Shown here in pieces: positions 59,456-64,000 of a DNA stretch of 64,000 nucleotides (positions are counted from its first letter, which is position 1; each line of letters begins with the position of its first letter). The notes below the pieces were generated by a model. The model saw only the letters and a list, made by a program, of their open reading frames with translations, was not told the DNA's origin and ran no database searches. The DNA lies in assembly GCA_963923455.1 (NCBI GenBank), contig CAWULT010000003.1:15935-79934 (forward strand), written 5' to 3'. The position numbers and the translations under genes are program-made. This DNA is from an uncultured bacterium. Lineage in GTDB: Bacteria; Acidobacteriota; Vicinamibacteria; Vicinamibacterales; UBA2999.

Positions 59456-60508
59456 ATGATCAGCCGCATCGCCCTCGTCGTCGTCCTCGGCTCGTCGCTC
59501 GTTGCGCCGCTTCGCGGCGAAATCGTCGAGCAGGTGCTCGTGAAGATCAATGGCGACATCCTGACGAAGACCGATTTCGAGCAGCGCCAGGTTGCGGAGC
59601 TGAGGAATCGCCCCGAGCTGGCCAACGTGAATCCGGCCAGCGCGGAGCTTCGGAAGGCCATCGCAGAGGTGACGCCCGACCTGATCCTGGCGGCCGTTGA
59701 TGAGCTGCTGCTGGTCCAGCGTGGGCGCGAACTCGGCTACGCAATGGGCGACGAGCAGTTCCGCCAGATCCTCGAGAACATCAAGAAACAGAACAACCTC
59801 GAAGACGAGCAGAAGTTCCAGGCTGCGCTGAAGCAGGAGGGGCTCACGATGGCCGACCTGCGGCGCAACCTCGAAAAGTCGATGCTCGTGTCGCAGGTGC
59901 AGCGCGTCGAGGTGGTGGACAAGATCGGCGTCACCGAGGACGAGGCCAAGGCCTACTACGAGGCACACCGCCAGGAATTCACCACGCCGTCCGTGTTGAC
60001 GCTTCGCGAGATCCTGCTCGAGGTGCCGACGACCGACAAGGGGGTCAACGTCGCCGTGGACGACGACATGCGGGCCCGAGCCGATGAGATCCGACGCCGC
60101 TTGCTTGCCGGTGAGCCCTTCCCGCGCCTCGCAGCGGAGTTCTCCGCCTCGCCGTCGAAGGCGAACGGCGGCCTGATCGGCCCCATCAACCACGACGAAC
60201 TCGCGCCTGCCTTGCAGAAGATGATCGATGCGGCCAAGATTGGCGACGTCATGGAAGTGCTTCGGACGTCGCGGGGCTATCAAGTGCTCAAGCTCGAGTC
60301 CCGCACCGATACGCGCGTGCGTACATTCGAAGACGCCAGGGCCGACATCGGCAACCGCGTCGCCGAGCAGAAGCGCCAGGGCGAGCTGCAGAAGTACCTG
60401 GACCGGCTGCGCGACCAGGCCACCATCACGTGGCGGAACGACGAGCTGAAGAAGGCGTATGAACAGGCGCTGGCCGCGCGGCGCCAGCGGGCGACCGCTC
60501 AGGCCTGA
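59456..60508 (+). CDS. SurA-like periplasmic chaperone / parvulin-type peptidyl-prolyl isomerase
   Basis: 350 aa, with a signal peptide, a SurA_N-like helical region and one parvulin domain (...SKANGGLIGPINHDELAPAL...). Confidence 0.8.
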   Translation: MISRIALVVVLGSSLVAPLRGEIVEQVLVKINGDILTKTDFEQRQVAELRNRPELANVNPASAELRKAIAEVTPDLILAAVDELLLVQRGRELGYAMGDEQFRQILENIKKQNNLEDEQKFQAALKQEGLTMADLRRNLEKSMLVSQVQRVEVVDKIGVTEDEAKAYYEAHRQEFTTPSVLTLREILLEVPTTDKGVNVAVDDDMRARADEIRRRLLAGEPFPRLAAEFSASPSKANGGLIGPINHDELAPALQKMIDAAKIGDVMEVLRTSRGYQVLKLESRTDTRVRTFEDARADIGNRVAEQKRQGELQKYLDRLRDQATITWRNDELKKAYEQALAARRQRATAQA

Positions 60509-60524
60509 GTCGGCATCGGCATTC

Positions 60525-61076
60525 ATGCGCAGTGGCCACCATTCCCCGGACGACGGCGAGACCGGTCCCGACGCCAATCGGACGGCCGGACCGCGCTGGT
60601 TCGCCCTGTGGACCCGGTCGAGGCACGAGCAGGTCGTCCGCCAGCAACTCGAGAGCAAGCGGATCGAGACGTTCCTGCCGACGGTCACCCGCTGGAGCCG
60701 CTGGAAGGACCGCAAGAAGAAGATCGACTGGCCGCTGTTCCCCGGGTACTGCTTCGCGCGGTTCGATGCGCGGGTCCGGATGCCCGTCTTGTCGTGCGCC
60801 GGCGTGGTCAACATCGTGGCTTTCGACGGCGAGCCGGCGCCGATTCCCGAGCACGAAATCGCGAGCATCCGCCGGCTCGTCGAGAGCGACCTGGCGTTCG
60901 ATCCGTGTCCGATGGTGCGGGAGGGCATGCTCGTCGAAGTGACGCACGGGCCGCTCAAGGGCGTCGTCGGGCGACTGCTGCGCAAGAACGAGAAGGCGCG
61001 GCTGGTATTGACCGTGGACTTGATCGGGCAGGCGGTCAGTGTCGAGGTGGACGCGTCAGATGTCAGACCGTGGTGA
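60525..61076 (+). CDS. NusG-family paralogue (RfaH/UpxY-like specialised transcription antiterminator candidate)
   Basis: 183 aa from ATG 60525. NGN domain WFALWTRSRHEQVVRQQLESKRIETFLPTV...LFPGYCFARF and KOW motif EGMLVEVTHGPLKGVVGRLL. It is not in the secE-nusG-rplK context. Confidence 0.8.
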   Translation: MRSGHHSPDDGETGPDANRTAGPRWFALWTRSRHEQVVRQQLESKRIETFLPTVTRWSRWKDRKKKIDWPLFPGYCFARFDARVRMPVLSCAGVVNIVAFDGEPAPIPEHEIASIRRLVESDLAFDPCPMVREGMLVEVTHGPLKGVVGRLLRKNEKARLVLTVDLIGQAVSVEVDASDVRPW

Positions 61077-61095
61077 TTCGCGAACCGGCGTCGGG

Positions 61096-62193
61096 ATGAG
61101 GATCGGGAGCGTCTCGCTCACGTCCCCGTTCGTGATTGCGCCGATGGCCGGGATGACCGACACCGGATTCCGCCGCCTCGTCAAGAGGCACGGCGGGTGC
61201 GGCCTGGTCGTGAGCGAGATGGTGTCGTCCGAAGGGCTGGTGCGCGGCATCGACCGCACGCTCGAGTACGCCGAATTCACCGAGGAGGAACGGCCCGTCT
61301 CGATCCAGATCTTCGGGGGTGACCCCGACACGATGGCGGCGGCGGCCCAGATAGTCGAGGGGATGGGCGCTGACATCGTCGACGTGAACATGGGCTGCCC
61401 GGTGCCGAAGATCGCGAAGCACAACGCCGGGTGCAGCCTGATGCGCGAGCCAGCCCATGCGGCCAGCGTCATCAAGGCGATGACCCGGGCGATCGGGATT
61501 CCTGTCACGGTCAAGATGCGGGCGGGCTGGAACGACGCATCGCGCAACGCACCGGACCTGGCGCGCCGGGTCGAGGACGCCGGGGCGGCCGCCATTGCCG
61601 TGCATGGCCGCACGGCGGAGCAGTCGTACAAGGGACAGGCCGACTGGGATCTCGTGGCCGAGGTCGCCGAATGCCTGAGCATTCCCGTGTTCGGGAGCGG
61701 CGACTGCGTGGAGCCCGATCAGATCGTGCAGCGCATGAACTCCGGTGTCAGCGGGGTACTGGTGGGGCGTGGTGTGCTTCGGAATCCCTGGATTCTGGCG
61801 CAGGCCGACGATCTCTCTCGCGGCCGGCCGATGCGCGTCCCGACGATGGCCGACCGTGGCCAGTTCCTGCGGGACTACGTCGCGCTGTTGCTGGCCGACC
61901 ACGGTGGTGAAGACGCCGGGTTCCGTCACGTCGTTCCCGGTGCGGCGGTCGAGCCGGCTCGCGGGCGCGAGCGATGGGTCATCAACAAGCTGCGCGCCCT
62001 CTGCGCTTGGTACTCGAAGGGGCTCGACGGTGGATCTCAGCTGCGAGTACGGGTGAACGCGGCGGAGAGCGTTGGTCAACTCGTGGATGTCATCGACGAG
62101 TTCTTCGGTACGGCGCCGTCAGGTGCTGGCGTGAGTCCAGCGGCCAGGCCCGGCGATGCGTACCAAGCGGCCCTCATGGAAGCCCTGCGGTAG
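61096..62193 (+). CDS. dusB: tRNA-dihydrouridine synthase (DusB-like)
   Basis: 365 aa from ATG 61096, with VIAPMAGMTDTGFRRL and DVNMGCPVPKI (catalytic Cys). An alternative start at 61060 or 61039 would overlap the NusG paralogue. Confidence 0.9.
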   Translation: MRIGSVSLTSPFVIAPMAGMTDTGFRRLVKRHGGCGLVVSEMVSSEGLVRGIDRTLEYAEFTEEERPVSIQIFGGDPDTMAAAAQIVEGMGADIVDVNMGCPVPKIAKHNAGCSLMREPAHAASVIKAMTRAIGIPVTVKMRAGWNDASRNAPDLARRVEDAGAAAIAVHGRTAEQSYKGQADWDLVAEVAECLSIPVFGSGDCVEPDQIVQRMNSGVSGVLVGRGVLRNPWILAQADDLSRGRPMRVPTMADRGQFLRDYVALLLADHGGEDAGFRHVVPGAAVEPARGRERWVINKLRALCAWYSKGLDGGSQLRVRVNAAESVGQLVDVIDEFFGTAPSGAGVSPAARPGDAYQAALMEALR

Positions 62194-62196
62194 CCC

Positions 62197-62775
62197 ATGT
62201 CGGAGATTTCCAAGGCGCTGCAGACGTCGGCGCTGCACCTCCAGAGGGCGAGCGAGGGGAGCTACCCCGCGTCCGTCGCGGCGGCCATCGAGCTGCTGGC
62301 CGAAGCCCTGATGGCTGGGCGGAAGCTGCTCGTCTTCGGCAATGGCGGATCGGCGGCAGACGCCGAGCACATCTGCGCCGAGCTCGTGGGACGGTTCGTC
62401 ACGGCGCGAGCTCCCCTCGCCGCGATCGCGTTGACGACGAACACCCCGCTGCTGACTGCCTGGAGCAACGACGTAGGGTTCGACGATCTGTTTGCGCGCC
62501 AGATCGAGGCGCTGGGCCATTCGGGCGACGTCGCCTGGGGCATCTCAACGAGCGGCAGCTCGGCGAACGTTGTGGCGGGTCTCGCCAGGGCGAGGGCAAC
62601 CGGGCTGAGGACTATCGGGCTGACGGGCGCCGGTGCGGGCCGGATGCGGGAACATTGCGACGTGCTGATGGAGGCGCCGGCGATGGAAACCCCGAGAATC
62701 CAGGAAATCCACCTCGTCACCTATCACGCCATCTGTGCGGAACTCGAACGTCGCGTCTGCGGCGTTCGAACCTGA
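62197..62775 (+). CDS. gmhA: D-sedoheptulose 7-phosphate isomerase (SIS domain)
   Basis: 192 aa, with FGNGGSAADAEHICAELVGRF, ISTSGSSANV and RIQEIHL blocks. Confidence 0.9.
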   Translation: MSEISKALQTSALHLQRASEGSYPASVAAAIELLAEALMAGRKLLVFGNGGSAADAEHICAELVGRFVTARAPLAAIALTTNTPLLTAWSNDVGFDDLFARQIEALGHSGDVAWGISTSGSSANVVAGLARARATGLRTIGLTGAGAGRMREHCDVLMEAPAMETPRIQEIHLVTYHAICAELERRVCGVRT

Positions 62776-62776
62776 C

Positions 62777-62818
62777 ACCCGCAGACCCGCGGGCCTTCTC
62801 AGCAACGGATCTGCGGGT
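62777..62818. terminator. Hairpin between convergent gmhA and the pilT-like gene (candidate bidirectional terminator)
   Basis: ACCCGCAGA (62777-85) pairs with TCTGCGGGT (62810-18), a 9-bp stem. The loop is large (24 nt) and contains the palindrome CCCGCGGG. There is no U-tract. Confidence 0.25.
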
Positions 62819-62830
62819 AGCGTCAGTGGG

Positions 62831-64000
62831 CTAGAGGCCGGACCAGTGCCGGCGGTCGTCGACGCCGCCTGACGCCGTGACGGGCTGGAACAGGTCGTCG
62901 AACGAGGCCGAGCGCTGCCGCTCCGAGAGGCTCCCGCTCGAACGCACCGAGCCGTTCCGGTGAGCCGACCGGACCAGCGCGACCATGTGACGACGGTCGA
63001 CGGCCTGCACGGCAGCCTGCCGGAGCGAGAGGTGGCCGCGCGAGACGGCGCGCGCCAGCGTTTCGTCGATGGTGTGCATGCCCGCGAGTCCGCTCCGCTG
63101 CAGCCGGGTGATGCCCGCGAAGTCGCCCGACGCGAGGAGCGCCGAGACCTCGCTCGTACCCATGATCACGTCACGCACCAGCGTGCGACCGCCGCCGAGG
63201 CGTCGGAGCACCCGGTAGGTGAAGGCCGCCCGGAATGCCGTGGCAAGCCCGAGTCTGTTCGGCGCGTTCCCGCCCGCGGCAGACCGCCCGGCGATGGCGC
63301 GAAGGGCCTGGATCGACGTTGGAGCCAGCACGGCGACGACGACGAGACGACCGTTGTCCGCGGCGTGCACGGCCTCCCGCATAGCGGCCTCGGACTGCGG
63401 CGCCGCGATCAACAGCACGTCCGGAGATTCGGTGGCCGCCGCGCGAATCGCGGAGGCCACTTCGGCGTCGGTGCCGACGAGCTCGCGCTGGCTGACGAAC
63501 TGCGCCGAGATGGCGTGCGCCGGCGTGCCGGATGGGCGCAACGCAATGACGTAGCCACCGCGACGGCGGCTCGCCCAGTCGGCGACGGCCGACCCCATCG
63601 CGAGCACGTCGGCTGGAAAGCTCGCCGAGACGACGACGAGGCCGTCACCATCGCACGCGCCCTGCACCTTCCGCGGAATGAAGCGATACAGCGACGAGGG
63701 CGAGACGCGCCGCTGCATGCGGAACACGAGGCCTGGTCCCATGTCGTCTGTGAACGGGCGGCAGCTCACCGCGCCCATGGTGGCGTCTTCGCGGATCCAT
63801 TCGCCGCTCTGGCCGGACTGCCACGCTGAGGCGGCGGGGGTGGAGAGAGCGCGGACGAACTGGTCGAAGTCCGCGGCGTCGACTTCATCAGACCCGAGTA
63901 CTTCGAGCCGCTCGTCGACGCGGCCGACCGGCCTCGCACCGGCGCGCACGTACAACGCCGTCGCACCGCGCGAAGCCGCAAGGTCGAGCCAGGTTTCGAG
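62831..64000 (-). CDS. PilT/GspE-fold protein with degenerate ATPase motifs (5' end beyond the right window edge)
   Basis: The reading frame is open to nt 64000 (LETWLDLAASRGATALYVRAGARPVGRVDERL...), so the TTG at 63955 in the ORF track is not necessarily the start. It is collinear with PilT, but Walker A is replaced by SASFPADVL, Walker B by LLIAAPQS and the His box by VLAP. There is a ~45-aa Ser/Arg-rich C-terminal tail. Confidence 0.65.
   Translation of the reverse strand, partial: LETWLDLAASRGATALYVRAGARPVGRVDERLEVLGSDEVDAADFDQFVRALSTPAASAWQSGQSGEWIREDATMGAVSCRPFTDDMGPGLVFRMQRRVSPSSLYRFIPRKVQGACDGDGLVVVSASFPADVLAMGSAVADWASRRRGGYVIALRPSGTPAHAISAQFVSQRELVGTDAEVASAIRAAATESPDVLLIAAPQSEAAMREAVHAADNGRLVVVAVLAPTSIQALRAIAGRSAAGGNAPNRLGLATAFRAAFTYRVLRRLGGGRTLVRDVIMGTSEVSALLASGDFAGITRLQRSGLAGMHTIDETLARAVSRGHLSLRQAAVQAVDRRHMVALVRSAHRNGSVRSSGSLSERQRSASFDDLFQPVTASGGVDDRRHWSGL

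Overview
High-GC bacterial chromosome segment, about two-thirds G+C by eye; the gene content fits Acidobacteriota or Gemmatimonadota, but that is only a guess. It is almost entirely core-genome and spans the replication-origin neighbourhood. Left to right: (1) an edge-truncated HKD/PLD nuclease module, a Wzx-like flippase, pirin, ApbE and a Zn-alcohol dehydrogenase. (2) A tightly packed minus-strand operon of about 13 kb for alternative complex III (actABCDEF), an unassigned membrane protein, Sco and a caa3-type cytochrome oxidase (coxBAC plus a subunit IV-cytochrome c fusion). (3) A small plus-strand trio: Cys-rich zinc-ribbon protein, thioredoxin-fold protein and a Tat-signal arylmalonate-decarboxylase-like protein. 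(4) tRNA-Ser(UGA), serS, an FmdB zinc-ribbon gene, DUF885, rsmI, glmU, glmS and uvrD. (5) The classical origin block, gyrA-gyrB-dnaN-dnaA diverging from rpmH-rnpA-yidD-yidC-jag-mnmE-mnmG-rsmG-parA-parB. DnaA-box clusters and AT-rich tracts lie on both sides of dnaA, and two perfect parS palindromes lie in front of parA. (6) The F1 ATP synthase operon atpHAGDC. (7) wzm-wzt-rfaE2, mfd, a SurA-like PPIase, a NusG paralogue, dusB and gmhA. (8) An edge-truncated PilT-fold protein whose ATPase motifs are all degenerate. I found no CRISPR array, transposase, integrase, prophage, rRNA or recognisable defence island, so I cannot support a claim of a novel multi-gene system here. The points most worth a second look are modest: the motif-dead PilT paralogue, the oxidase subunit IV-cytochrome c fusion, the Tat-exported AMDase-like enzyme, the orphan NusG paralogue, the apparently bipartite oriC and the twin parS sites. 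Most long ORFs in the six-frame track are antisense or out-of-frame artefacts of high GC content.
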